Assembly: GCA_049516875.1 (NCBI GenBank)
Contig: JBEKSS010000002.1
Span: 1-64,000 of the forward strand
Direction: 5' to 3'
Length of the DNA stretch: 64,000 nucleotides
Origin: Candidatus Bathyarchaeia archaeon
GTDB taxonomy: Archaea; Thermoproteota; Bathyarchaeia; Bathyarchaeales; Bathycorpusculaceae
The first letter of the stretch is position 1. The number at the start of each line of letters is the position of its first letter. The translations under genes were made by a program, and so were the position numbers. Of the stretch, positions 30,278 through 40,500 are shown in pieces. The notes under the pieces were generated by a model. It was not told where the DNA came from. It made no database searches and worked only from the letters and a program-made list of their open reading frames with translations.

Positions 30278-31548
30278 AGCGATTGTCGGGTTCCCAGCGT
30301 GAGCGGCAATGTCAGAGTCGCGTTGTTTCTCACTACTGCAACACTAATTGTTTGGCCTGGTAGAGTGTATTCTTCGAGGTAAGTTGAAAGGTCATCCAAG
30401 TTCCTGATTCTCGTGCCGTTGAGGGATATTATGATGTCGCCTCCTATCTGAACGGATGCTCCTTCTATTTGGGTCTGACCAGTGCTGGCTTTGAGACCGG
30501 CCTTGTCAGCTGGCCCTCCGCTCGTTACTTGGGTGATTTGCACCCCGTAGGTCACGTCTGTGTTCATCGCCTGTGCAACCGCGTAGGTCATGTCTTGCCC
30601 GGATATTCCTAACCAGGGATGGTTGTTGTATGAGCCGTTTGTGATTAGAGATTCGACTTCTCGCAGTATCGTGCTCGAAGGAATCGCCAGTCCCAAACCT
30701 TGAGCAGCTACTCCTTGGGAAGTGAGTGCGGTGTATGAGGTTATGCCGACAACTTCGCCCTTATAATTCAGAAGAGGTCCTCCGGAGTTGCCGGGGTTTA
30801 TGGGTGTCGATGTTTGTATGCAATCAGCTATACTGTAGCTGGACCAGGAAACCGAGACTGTTCTGCCGAGGGCGCTGACTATCCCTGAAGTCATTGATCC
30901 GGCATATCCCAAAGGATCGCCGACAGCAACTACGGGGTCGCCGACTTTCAACGTTAACGAATTCGTGATGTTGAGGGGTTCGTACTCATCTTGTGGCGCG
31001 TTTGCCAAGAGCACGGCGAGATCGGCATAGGGATCTGAGCCCGTCACGTTGGCTGGGTAAGTGTCTCCGTTTGTGAATGTTACAGTGATGTTGCTTGCAC
31101 CTTCGATAACGTGGTAGTTTGTGATGATCACAGACTTGCCCGTCGAGTTGAAAACAAAGCCTGATCCTTGTACGTCTGAGTAATAGTAGTATGGTCGGCC
31201 CCAGAAATCGTATTCTACGGTTACGGTTACTCCTTGAACCACTACGACAGAGCTATCGACCTGTTCGAACAAGTGGGACAGTGAAGCATTCTCTCCCAGA
31301 ACATATGTGGTGTTGTTGATGGTGGCGTTTTCATAGGTTATGTTTTGGGTGGATGGGTCCTCTGACTGGAGATTTGAAACCTGTGTTTTGAGCGTTGACA
31401 CCTGATCTTGTAGGCTGCTGATTTTGCTTGAAGTGGTGAGGCTACTTGCTGCGTAGCCGAATATTCCTCCTATGAGCAGGCATATTATGACTGCTCCTAC
31501 CAACACGTTGGATAAACGGGGGGCTTTTGGTTTTTCAGGTAATTCCAT
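30274..31548 (-). CDS. membrane-anchored HtrA/DegP-type serine protease with PDZ domain
   Basis: N-terminal TM and coiled coil, TNYHV, ADLAV, INPGNSGGPL and PDZ motif GGPADKAGL. Confidence 0.93.
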   Translation of the reverse strand: MELPEKPKAPRLSNVLVGAVIICLLIGGIFGYAASSLTTSSKISSLQDQVSTLKTQVSNLQSEDPSTQNITYENATINNTTYVLGENASLSHLFEQVDSSVVVVQGVTVTVEYDFWGRPYYYYSDVQGSGFVFNSTGKSVIITNYHVIEGASNITVTFTNGDTYPANVTGSDPYADLAVLLANAPQDEYEPLNITNSLTLKVGDPVVAVGDPLGYAGSMTSGIVSALGRTVSVSWSSYSIADCIQTSTPINPGNSGGPLLNYKGEVVGITSYTALTSQGVAAQGLGLAIPSSTILREVESLITNGSYNNHPWLGISGQDMTYAVAQAMNTDVTYGVQITQVTSGGPADKAGLKASTGQTQIEGASVQIGGDIIISLNGTRIRNLDDLSTYLEEYTLPGQTISVAVVRNNATLTLPLTLGTRQSL

Positions 31549-31560
31549 TTACATTCCTCC

Positions 31561-32352
31561 TTAATCATTCACAGTCTTTTTTTTGCAACTGGGGCATCTT
31601 TCATCACTAGGCTGAATTTTGCCTCCACAGTAGGGACACATGAGCTTCTTCTTTGTCAAATGAAGCCCCTGCTTTTCCTTCGTGATTTTTCCATCCTTCA
31701 GAAGTAGCATTCTTTCGGTGTGCGAAGCCAATTGGCCGTCGTGCGTTACCACCACGACGGTGGTTCCTCGATCAATGTTCAGGTTTCCGAGCAATCTAAC
31801 AATTCCGTATTTGTTCTCCGTATCCAAATTCCCAGTGGGTTCGTCTGCCAGAATTATCGCTGGATCATTCGCAAAGGCCCGTGCGATAGCTACCCTTTGC
31901 TGCTCGCCTGCACTCAGCCGTTGAGGCCTATGCTCTTCTCTTCCTGACAACCCTACCAGTTTCAACAATTCGCGAGACCTTTGTCTTCTTTCGCTCTTGG
32001 ATTTTTTTGTGCACTCCATCGGCAGTTCCACATTTTCCCCGGCGTTTAGGTATGGCAAAAGGTTAAAAGTCTGGAAGATGAACCCAATCTTGTTCCTTCT
32101 TATCTTGTAGAGCTCCTTTTCGGGCAATCTTGAAACGTCAAGCCCGTCCAGAATCACTTTTCCACCAGTCGGTTTGTCAAGACAGCCCAGGACATTCAGT
32201 AGAGTTGTCTTGCCAGAACCAGAAGGACCCATAATTGCGACAAACTCGCCCTTGTTCACCTGAAGATTCAGATCGGATAGGGCTCGGACCTGGCGTTTGC
32301 CCATAGCATACGTCTTGGAAACGTTCTCTGCTTTCAGAACAACCTCACTCAT
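31561..32352 (-). CDS. MacB/LolD-type ABC ATPase with C-terminal zinc ribbon
   Basis: GPSGSGKTT, LSAGEQQR, ADEPTGNLD and a C-terminal CPYC...CPSC. Confidence 0.92.
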   Translation of the reverse strand: MSEVVLKAENVSKTYAMGKRQVRALSDLNLQVNKGEFVAIMGPSGSGKTTLLNVLGCLDKPTGGKVILDGLDVSRLPEKELYKIRRNKIGFIFQTFNLLPYLNAGENVELPMECTKKSKSERRQRSRELLKLVGLSGREEHRPQRLSAGEQQRVAIARAFANDPAIILADEPTGNLDTENKYGIVRLLGNLNIDRGTTVVVVTHDGQLASHTERMLLLKDGKITKEKQGLHLTKKKLMCPYCGGKIQPSDERCPSCKKKTVND

Positions 32353-33781
32353 ACCTCATTGCCTCCGCAGGCCTCGTTCTTGAAGCTCTCCAAGCCGGGT
32401 ACAGACTGCCCACGGCCCCAAGCAACGCAGCCGCACCAATCCCAAGCAGCATGATCTGCGGGCTTATGGAAGCTGAAGCACTTATTGATCCAGAAATCCC
32501 TGCATTCGTGCCGGTGGTTGGGAAGCTTCCTCCGAAAGCACCTCCCTGGGTACTTGAGCCAAACAGGTTTATATGAGGGAGTAGGAGGCCAGATAGGATG
32601 GGTGCTCCCACGGTTCCTATTGCAATGCCAACCACGCCTGCCACCAAGCTCAGCAGTACTCCTTCGAGCATAAACTGACTCATAACGTTCCAGCTGCTGA
32701 AGCCTATCGCTTTGAGTGTTCCTATCTCCTTCGTCCTTTCTCGCACTGTGTACAGCATCACGAACAGGACGATGAGACTTGTTGCAGCGAGTGCCACGAT
32801 GATCTCTTGGGTTGCAACCGATTGGGTCTGGGCCACGGTTGATTCGGCGTTGTTCAGAAGCTCGGTGTATCTTGTTTGTTGGCTCTGAAGGTTTGCCAAG
32901 CGATCCGCGTATGTTTGGACAGAAATCTCACGTGTATTGATCTCAGTTGAATACATTGTCTGTATCTGCGTGTTTATTGTGTCCACACTGGAGACATCCT
33001 CTGCATACACGTCAAGCCTGCTCACGTTTCCTATTTCATTCGTAATCGTTTGAGCATCAGTCAGATTCATGTACACTCCCCTCGTCTCCATAGAGTTTTG
33101 ACCCGTCTGGTCATAGATTCCTATCACCGTGAAGGATGTGCCATTAACCTCCACTTCGCTGCCCACTCCAACTCCGTAGTACTCTGTGAGGTTAAGACTC
33201 ATGAGAAGAACGCCACTATCCCCTTCGCGCAGATTTCTGCCTGCTGTTATGTTTGTGGGCAGTACAGAGTATTCGTTGATGAACGAGGAATTCAGACAGA
33301 CACCCGTAATCGTGTAGAGCGGTCTGGACATGGGAAAATCTCCCATCGGTGTAGTTATGGTCTCCTGGGTGGTCTCCGAGGATGATTTCACCAGGAACGG
33401 AACAACGTCCTTGACACCAACAATGGAACTAATGTTGCCAACAACGGATTCATTCATATAGAATTCTTCTCGTCTAAACGAGAAGCTGGATCGGTCCATG
33501 CCTGATGGAGGACTAGACATATTTGACGGCGGACCGGAAAACATGCCTCCACTCGACGTTGAGCATTCTATCAGCGTAGTAGACTGGTTGATTTGCGCTT
33601 CGGTCTCGGTGATGGTGCTATTGAAATTCTGTGTCATGCTCTGCGTGGATTCTTGGTTTGCAACCAGACCGGCTGGAATAGATATCATTATTGCGAAGGA
33701 AAAACTCAAGGCAACGATTACTAACAATGCCCTTATCTTCCTTCTTGAAATGTTCCTTATTGCTCTTGTCAAGGCACCCAA
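32345..33781 (-). CDS. MacB/FtsX-type ABC permease
   Basis: AIRNISRRKIR..L, large extracellular domain, VRERTKEIGTLKAIG and PAWRASRTRPAEAMRYE. The TTG start at 33781 is inferred. Confidence 0.9.
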   Translation of the reverse strand: MGALTRAIRNISRRKIRALLVIVALSFSFAIMISIPAGLVANQESTQSMTQNFNSTITETEAQINQSTTLIECSTSSGGMFSGPPSNMSSPPSGMDRSSFSFRREEFYMNESVVGNISSIVGVKDVVPFLVKSSSETTQETITTPMGDFPMSRPLYTITGVCLNSSFINEYSVLPTNITAGRNLREGDSGVLLMSLNLTEYYGVGVGSEVEVNGTSFTVIGIYDQTGQNSMETRGVYMNLTDAQTITNEIGNVSRLDVYAEDVSSVDTINTQIQTMYSTEINTREISVQTYADRLANLQSQQTRYTELLNNAESTVAQTQSVATQEIIVALAATSLIVLFVMLYTVRERTKEIGTLKAIGFSSWNVMSQFMLEGVLLSLVAGVVGIAIGTVGAPILSGLLLPHINLFGSSTQGGAFGGSFPTTGTNAGISGSISASASISPQIMLLGIGAAALLGAVGSLYPAWRASRTRPAEAMRYE

Positions 33782-33943
33782 ACTTATCACTGTTCCAACT
33801 GTTCCATGTTTAATTCGATGAAGCAAGGAGGGTCAGCAATGAACCCAGATATTCTGTTATGTCGTCCGTGGCCCAGGTCCTTCACGTCTTTCACTGCTGC
33901 CATCTCCATGTCTAGTGACAATTCATCTTGAAAGAGCAGAGTG

Positions 33944-33990
33944 TTATTAAACTGTTTTTCAGAATTACACCAGATTCTTTTCCTAATTCA
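33944..33990 (-). promoter_or_regulatory. 47-bp promoter/operator, copy A
   Basis: Matches 35586-35632 at 42 of 47 nt and includes minus-strand BRE-TATA GAAAAACAG-TTTAATAA. Confidence 0.7.
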
Positions 33991-34121
33991 ACGTCCTGCC
34001 TCATCGTCGACGAATGGATACACGCGCCGTTCTGTTCGTGAAAAGACTCATGTACACGGTCTGGCCTGCGGATGTGAGGCGCACAAACTCATTCCAAGGC
34101 GACTGCCAACCTTAGAAGCAT

Positions 34122-34934
34122 CTAGGGCTTTCCTAGTCCATTATTAAGCTTTGATTTGTTGCGCAGTCGGATGATGATAGGAACAAGCTTTTCCGCCAGA
34201 AGGAAGGCGCACGTGCCGTAGATGATTCCGCCTATTATGTCTACGACGTAGTGCTCTCCGAGATAGACGGCACTGAACCAGACGCCTGCAGGAAACAAGA
34301 GTATCGGCAACGCGCGTGTTTTCTTGATTTTCAGTGCGTAGAGTGAAATCAGCCATGGATACATCGCGTGAAGACTCGGAAACGCTGCAAACGGATTGGA
34401 TTGAATGAAATCGAAAATGGTGCGATAGAAGGGCACGCCTAGATCTTTGTCCACTTGAAACAGGATTCGTGTGGCACCTACTCCAAACCATGGAGGCGCA
34501 ACCGGATAAACAAGAAACGTTATCAAGGCGCTGTAGGTGCCGATTGCGAAGGCGAGAACGTATCCCCGATAGTTTTTCGGGCTATACTTCCACAATACGA
34601 AGGCAAAAACCGTTGGAGCTATAAAATGCAGAGAATAAAAAAAGGCTCCAAGATAGTCCAAAAACGGGGTTCTGTAAAGCTGTTGAAGCACAAGGGTCGG
34701 GATCGAACCGAACAGCTGCAACTCCGCAGTCATAGGCTGTTCAACATGCACAAGCCTTGGCAAGCTTCCAACTATCCCGAACATGGCTTCAAAAGACAAG
34801 AAAGTCGAAATGAGCGGAGCCCAATCCTTTACGAAACGGTGGCTTCCTTTGTTGTACGCAGCATATATGAAGAAAACCAAAACTATGAATTCAGGTCCTG
34901 GAAGCACGCCGTATACCAAGCAGAAGACACCCAA
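34122..34934 (-). CDS. PAP2/AUR1-like membrane phosphatase or phosphotransferase
   Basis: YPVAPPW, AAFPSLH and HYVVD motifs. The reading frame stays open upstream to about 35048. Confidence 0.88.
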   Translation of the reverse strand: MGVFCLVYGVLPGPEFIVLVFFIYAAYNKGSHRFVKDWAPLISTFLSFEAMFGIVGSLPRLVHVEQPMTAELQLFGSIPTLVLQQLYRTPFLDYLGAFFYSLHFIAPTVFAFVLWKYSPKNYRGYVLAFAIGTYSALITFLVYPVAPPWFGVGATRILFQVDKDLGVPFYRTIFDFIQSNPFAAFPSLHAMYPWLISLYALKIKKTRALPILLFPAGVWFSAVYLGEHYVVDIIGGIIYGTCAFLLAEKLVPIIIRLRNKSKLNNGLGKP

Positions 34935-35128
34935 TATCGCTACATAGATACCGGGGAAGGCAACCCCTAAAAGGCGTGAATAACGGTAATCAAGCTTCGG
35001 GCTTGGTATTAACGCTTTTTTGTCTTCCGTAGCATTCCCCGTTCTCAGTCAGCGCTAGTTGATAATATAGATTGCGATTGGAATTTTTTCTTCCCGCATC
35101 CACGTGTACGCCTTACAATTCGAATGCC

Positions 35129-35557
35129 CTAGAAACACATTTCGTCTGGACTCTGACGCGAGTTAGAGTCTTCTATTGCGTAGAGTCTAAGGATTGATGG
35201 GAAATCCTTGGCAGAGTGTAGGAAAATGATGATTTTGAATATGCGGACCGTGCCTTGCACAGCCCTTGCAACTTCTGTGCAGGCCGTTTGGACAGCACGT
35301 TTTGCGCAGTCCCCAGGGTGGGGATGATAGGTTGTGACTTTGTTCATTATCGTCGCCGCTGACAACGACGTTGAAATCCTGTCCTTATCCATTTTCACCA
35401 TTTCCTCGGCTGCTTTGTCTATTCTCTTTTGGTGCTCGGTTAAGGTCCAGAAAAGCTGAATGGAGAAAGGAGAGAGGCAAGAAAGATATTCTTCAGCTTT
35501 TCTGGGCCTTTGCGAGCCCCTTTTTTGAGGAATAGGGCCTTGCAGACTTTTTCTCAA
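35129..35557 (-). CDS. hypothetical protein or degraded gene
   Basis: ORF lies directly downstream of promoter copy B and has no recognisable motif. Confidence 0.3.
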   Translation of the reverse strand: MRKSLQGPIPQKRGSQRPRKAEEYLSCLSPFSIQLFWTLTEHQKRIDKAAEEMVKMDKDRISTSLSAATIMNKVTTYHPHPGDCAKRAVQTACTEVARAVQGTVRIFKIIIFLHSAKDFPSILRLYAIEDSNSRQSPDEMCF

Positions 35558-35585
35558 CCTCCGACTGGCAAAGGAGATGCCCTCA

Positions 35586-35632
35586 TTATTAAACTGTTTT
35601 TCAGAATTGGACCATATTCTATTCCTAATCCA
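35586..35632 (-). promoter_or_regulatory. 47-bp promoter/operator, copy B
   Basis: Near-identical to 33944-33990 and located in the divergent region before the ArsR regulator. Confidence 0.7.
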
Positions 35633-35739
35633 GTTCTAGGCTGCCGTCAGATCTTGGGGTGAAAGATTGAACGACATGTTTATTATTCTAGTTCAAATAG
35701 GTCTAACGAAAGACTCTTCAAGCTTGCGGAGCGGTACGA

Positions 35740-36042
35740 ATGTCCACTAATGTGCGCCCTTTCAAGTATCTGCTCGGGTGGCTAATTGCAGGCACGAGAG
35801 GTGGTGTGAGCCGCGCCAAAATAATCCAAGCCCTAAATGCAACTCCGCAGAATGCAAATCAGTTAGCGACCCTGCTTGGAATGGATTATAGGACAATAAG
35901 GCACCATCTTGACGTGCTTATGAAAAACAGAATAATCACGTCTGCAGGAGAAGGGTACGGTATAACATATTTCTTGTCTCCGGCAATGGAAGAGAACTAT
36001 GCTCTATTCGAGGAGATTCTGAATAAAATCTGGAAAAAGTAG
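35740..36042 (+). CDS. ArsR-family winged-helix regulator
   Basis: WLIAGTRGG..RAKII..L...PQNANQLA..L.MDYRTIRHHL. Confidence 0.9.
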   Translation: MSTNVRPFKYLLGWLIAGTRGGVSRAKIIQALNATPQNANQLATLLGMDYRTIRHHLDVLMKNRIITSAGEGYGITYFLSPAMEENYALFEEILNKIWKK

Positions 36043-36059
36043 AAAAGGGAGGAATGTAG

Positions 36060-36518
36060 ATGAAGAATCGTATGAATACGAACCTGAGAAATCTGTTAAT
36101 ACTGGCAACGGTGATAGCGGTGGCTATCATAGCAACACTTTGGGCTACATCCACCTCCTGGTTTCCACCATATCCATTTCGGCCTCGCTTTGAGGAGCCG
36201 CGACCTCCCCTTGAGAACATTCGTGGAGACATAGAGCTTTTCTATACGGTAGAAACAGTTGTTTCTACGATCAATGTGACGCTTTCGACCATCCTGTTGC
36301 TCATGTATGTCAGCATATACCGAAAGACGCGATCGGAGTTCACAATAGGGTTGATAATATTTTCGGCAGTCCTTCTTCTGCATGCTTTTGTCTCCATTCC
36401 TTTATTACACCTAGCTTTTGGTTTCTATCCGATCGGTCTCGGCCCGTTTGCAATGTTGCCAGACCTGTTCACATGCCTTGCACTGGGAGTTCTGCTGTAT
36501 CTCACCTTCAAATACTAG
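36060..36518 (+). CDS. 4-TM membrane protein co-transcribed with the ArsR regulator
   Basis: Four hydrophobic segments, YRKTRSEFTIGL, and a GGGAGG Shine-Dalgarno. Confidence 0.8.
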   Translation: MKNRMNTNLRNLLILATVIAVAIIATLWATSTSWFPPYPFRPRFEEPRPPLENIRGDIELFYTVETVVSTINVTLSTILLLMYVSIYRKTRSEFTIGLIIFSAVLLLHAFVSIPLLHLAFGFYPIGLGPFAMLPDLFTCLALGVLLYLTFKY

Positions 36519-36692
36519 AATACGCCAGAAAGAACATGCGGCCGCGATCAACACCTCTTCTAATAGCAAAAGACATCTAGTGTGCATTTCTTGCGCTAAT
36601 GATCCATGCATTCTTTTCTTCGTTGGGATCATGGGACGCGAGAGTGATTATCAAGACACACTACTCGGGAGAGAATTAGCATCCACAGTTTT

Positions 36693-37280
36693 TTAAGAAA
36701 GATGTTGGTTGATGAGTTTGGCCAAATCTATGACTTCGAGACTGTGTCCACAGTTAGGGCAGATTTTGAACACTTCCTCCGATTCTGCTCCAACTTTCAA
36801 GGGAGTTCCGCAATGGCAGCAGTGGTAAGTCAGTGTTTGTCCTCTGTCAGCTAGCTGTCTGATGAGACTGTTTACATCAACATGTAAGACAGTTATCTCT
36901 TTTTCTTTTCGTCTGAGCTGCCCTGCTTTTTCAAGCATCCCGAGTTTTTCGCACTCTTGAGCAGCTTCCTCATAGCGTCCGGCTTTTTCGAGATTCTCAA
37001 CAGTTTTTTCTTTGCTCTCAATCTCTTCGTCTGTGTAGTGAGAGCATTTTTCTGCTTGGACAAAATAGTCTCCATATCCAATTGAGATTGGTTTCAGTTT
37101 GCTTCCAGTTAGCTCGCACGATTCCTTATCAAAGTGCCTGCAGTCAACGCAGTTTTTCTTTTTGTCGTATTCCTCTCTAATTCTCCCGTAGCAATCTGCA
37201 CATAATATCTTCTGCTTCCCTTCTAGCGTCAAGCTCAATCCAGAGCCTGAAAACCGCTTTCCGCATTCATCGCACTGCAT
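36693..37280 (-). CDS. multi-zinc-finger hypothetical protein
   Basis: CDEC, CADC, CVDC, CCHC and CPNC motifs plus a TPR-like helix pair. Confidence 0.75.
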   Translation of the reverse strand: MQCDECGKRFSGSGLSLTLEGKQKILCADCYGRIREEYDKKKNCVDCRHFDKESCELTGSKLKPISIGYGDYFVQAEKCSHYTDEEIESKEKTVENLEKAGRYEEAAQECEKLGMLEKAGQLRRKEKEITVLHVDVNSLIRQLADRGQTLTYHCCHCGTPLKVGAESEEVFKICPNCGHSLEVIDLAKLINQHLS

Positions 37281-37451
37281 GTTATGTCTTTGTTACTCTA
37301 GCATGGTCTTCTTTATTTGTCTTACATTGGTTCACGCCGATTTGTTGCTTGTAAGCTGGTCCACTGTTAAATGCTTGTGTCCATGAGCGAGTGTACGCTT
37401 AAATATCTGTCAAATGATAGAAGAAACCAAGGACGTTTCTAGGTAGGTCTT

Positions 37452-37502
37452 GTGCCCTACTGTCCAAAGTGCGGCGAAGAAGTATTTGTTTTGAGACGAT
37501 AA
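37452..37502 (+). pseudogene. truncated zinc-ribbon gene start (MPYCPKCGEEVFVLRR)
   Basis: Typical zinc-ribbon N-terminus after an SD-like AGGTAGGT, stopping after 16 codons next to the 3' end of the gingipain gene. Confidence 0.4.
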
Positions 37503-37515
37503 CCTTTTCAGCACA

Positions 37516-40500
37516 CTATTCGTGGTTGTTGAAGTAGTGGATGGCTACGGCTATGTCTTTCATGTTGCAGACGCCGTCGTTGTTCACGTCAGCATTGGGC
37601 TTCCAGTTCGGCGAGTTCGGCTTAGTGTTAAACAGTGCAATCATGTAGGCGACGTCCTTCATGTTGGCCACGCCATCATAAACGCCTGGCACTGTGCTGG
37701 AAACGTCGCCTGGAACACCCACGTGAACTGGGATCGTGCAAGTGCGATTATTGTTTGCCGTGTTTGTTTCGCCTGAAACTGGGGGTACGTAGGCACTCAG
37801 AGTGTGGTTGCCATAGGCAAAGCCGGTGGTATCCCACAGGAAGATTATCACTACTGCATTTGCAGCTGTGAGGGATGTTGCCGTTTGCGCTATAAGGGTT
37901 GAGTCTGCAAAGACTGATAGGTTGAAGTTTTCGTCAAATGTTCCGTAGTTTGCGATGGCTACGCTTACGTTCATGCAGTAGCCCTGTCCAGCGACAGTTT
38001 TGAGAGGCGTGATATCCGTGACTGCCACGTCGTGACCGGGTGTGTAGAAGCTCATAAGCGGGTAATTGTCTATGTTATTCATGTCAATTTGATAGGACGT
38101 GTCTCCTATTCCGTCGCTTCCCGTAACGTTTTGGCAGGGTCCCTTGTAGTGATCAGTTCCGGTGTAGTCGTCCCAGTAGTTACCGCCTGAGGGATAGCCT
38201 TTGTCCCACGTGTTGATCGATGGAAAAATCAGGCCAGGATCGGCGCAGTCCCACACGGCGTCGAAGACATGGACTAATTCGTTAGCAAATATGTTATCAT
38301 AGATAAGGTTGTTTGAAGACATGTAGAGGTAGATGCCGCTTCCAAGGGGACCGTTGTTCCCGGTTATTCTGCATCCCGTTACACTGTTATTGTCTGAGAA
38401 GGACAGTAGGCTTATGCCGTCATAATTGTTTGTAACGTTTGTTTCTACAACGTTGTTGTTTGAAGATTCTAAAAGAAATATGCCATGGATGTTGTTTGAC
38501 GTGTCGGTTCCCAGAATCGTGTTGTTTGAGCACTGTTGTAGATAGATGCCGTACAAGTGCGTTTCAACTGCTACATTCTTGATTGTTACGTTGCTTCTTC
38601 CAAGCAAGTATATTCCAGCTGCGCCTCCTCCGCTGCCTTGAACAGTATAGCCTGCCCCATCTAACATGATGTTGTTTCTTTCGATTACAATTCCTTCACT
38701 GTCACTGTAGATGTTGCCGCTTAATGTGTAGACATCTCCATTATGCTGTATTGGTGCTGTCGGCGGGTCAACACTTCCATCAGCTCTAATGTGAACAGGA
38801 AGCGCGTTCGTGCTGACGACAACTATTTGCCTGTCTTCTCCAACCAGACCGTTCACATCAAACACAGTCAGCTTAAGCGTGTAAGTGCCCTGCGCAACTC
38901 CAGTCGTGTTCCAAGTTGCTAGGGTTCCGTTGACAACCTCGCTCTTGCCGTTGTTCGCTAGGCTGATTCCAGTTGTCATCCAAGACGTTGGAGCTGTTCC
39001 CGAACCGAATGCTAAGGTGTAATTGCTGAAAGTCGCGCTAGGTGTCGTGCCCCGTTTTGCTATGCCCTGAAGGCCGACAAGTCCACCGAAGCGGGGTGGG
39101 GTCAGCAAGTCTGTCCTTGTTTTAAAATGGGCCGTCGGTGCGCTGATCGCTGTGACTATTTCAGTTTCGGGGTCTCCAAGCAAATTGAGGTCGAAGTAGG
39201 TCCACCTGTCGAGTATTGGTTCCTGTTCTTTTGAAAGTTGCAACGCCTTTCCCAAATTCCTGGTACCACTGTTCAGCACTGAGAAAAATGATCTGTCGTA
39301 TCGCTCTCCAGGCCCGTCAAGAGAGGCTGAACAGTACCAGCCGTATCTCGAGTTGCCTATATACGCGAAAGCGCCGTGCGCACTGAATAGGAAGTGCTCT
39401 GCGATGGCCTGCTGAGATCCACTTGTGGCTTCGTCAAATGCGGCCGAGTAGCAACCCATGCTGTAAACAAAAAAGTACTGCGTGTTGGTGAGGCTGTCAA
39501 CATCTGAAATTGACAGTCCCATTGCGCTCTGGTAATTCGAATGTCCATCGTGGTTTATTATATGCGTGCCGCTGTTCATTTCGTTGATTACCGCAGTGCG
39601 GCTGAATGTTCCGTCTCTTTGGTACAGTCTCGTAGTCGTGTATTGAGGTATGATGTCCGTGACGGTATCTTCTCCATTTCCGCCCTCGGTGATGTCGTCG
39701 AGTTTTGTGCCGATGACCAAGGCTTTCTTGAGATAGTCTGCTTGAGTTGATTGCTCGTAGGCGATTGTCTTGTTGACGAAGTTTGTTGCTTCCTGTGGAG
39801 TGTCAACGGGGGCTCTGCCAACGTACACTTCTGCGAAGAAGTCGGCCTCTTCGCCAGCTGTTCCGTTTTCAGGTCCAGGCCAGTGGTAGACGGCTTCTCC
39901 AAATATCGTGTCGTTATTCTTGTCCCAGCTTCCGTCCAAACTACCATAGTACATGTCGCTAGGAATGTTGTAGTCGGTCCAGCTGCCGTCATAGGCAGCA
40001 TAATCGTATATGCCTCTTGCAGGGATGATGTCGTCATCTCCGCCTAACAGCACGTATTGGGTTCCCCAGTTCAGATAGGCGTCTTTTATGAAGTTCCTGA
40101 CGTGGGCTTGGGTATCATTGAATTTCGGGCTACCGTTTCCGTCACCGAACTGGCCATCGGAATTGTATTTTGGGTTTTTCATGATGTCTTCAATTAACAC
40201 GATTGTTGCGTTCAGTCCCTTCTGGTTTTTCCAATCTACCAAGGGTTGAAATGAAGAGCGTAACGTGTTGTTAGTTATAACGACGTAATCGTAATGATTC
40301 AATGATCCCGCCAAAACCGTATACTGCATGCCTGTCGGGGTTTTGGTGTACGTTTTCGCCGCGTCAGGATTATCCACCATGCCTACAACCTGCGCTCTAT
40401 CTTGAGGCAGGTTTCTGAACAATGAGGATATCTCGCCTGTCTCTTCCAGAGCCACAGTGATGGTCATTGTTTCGAAATAGTACAGTTCACCCGTTCTTGG

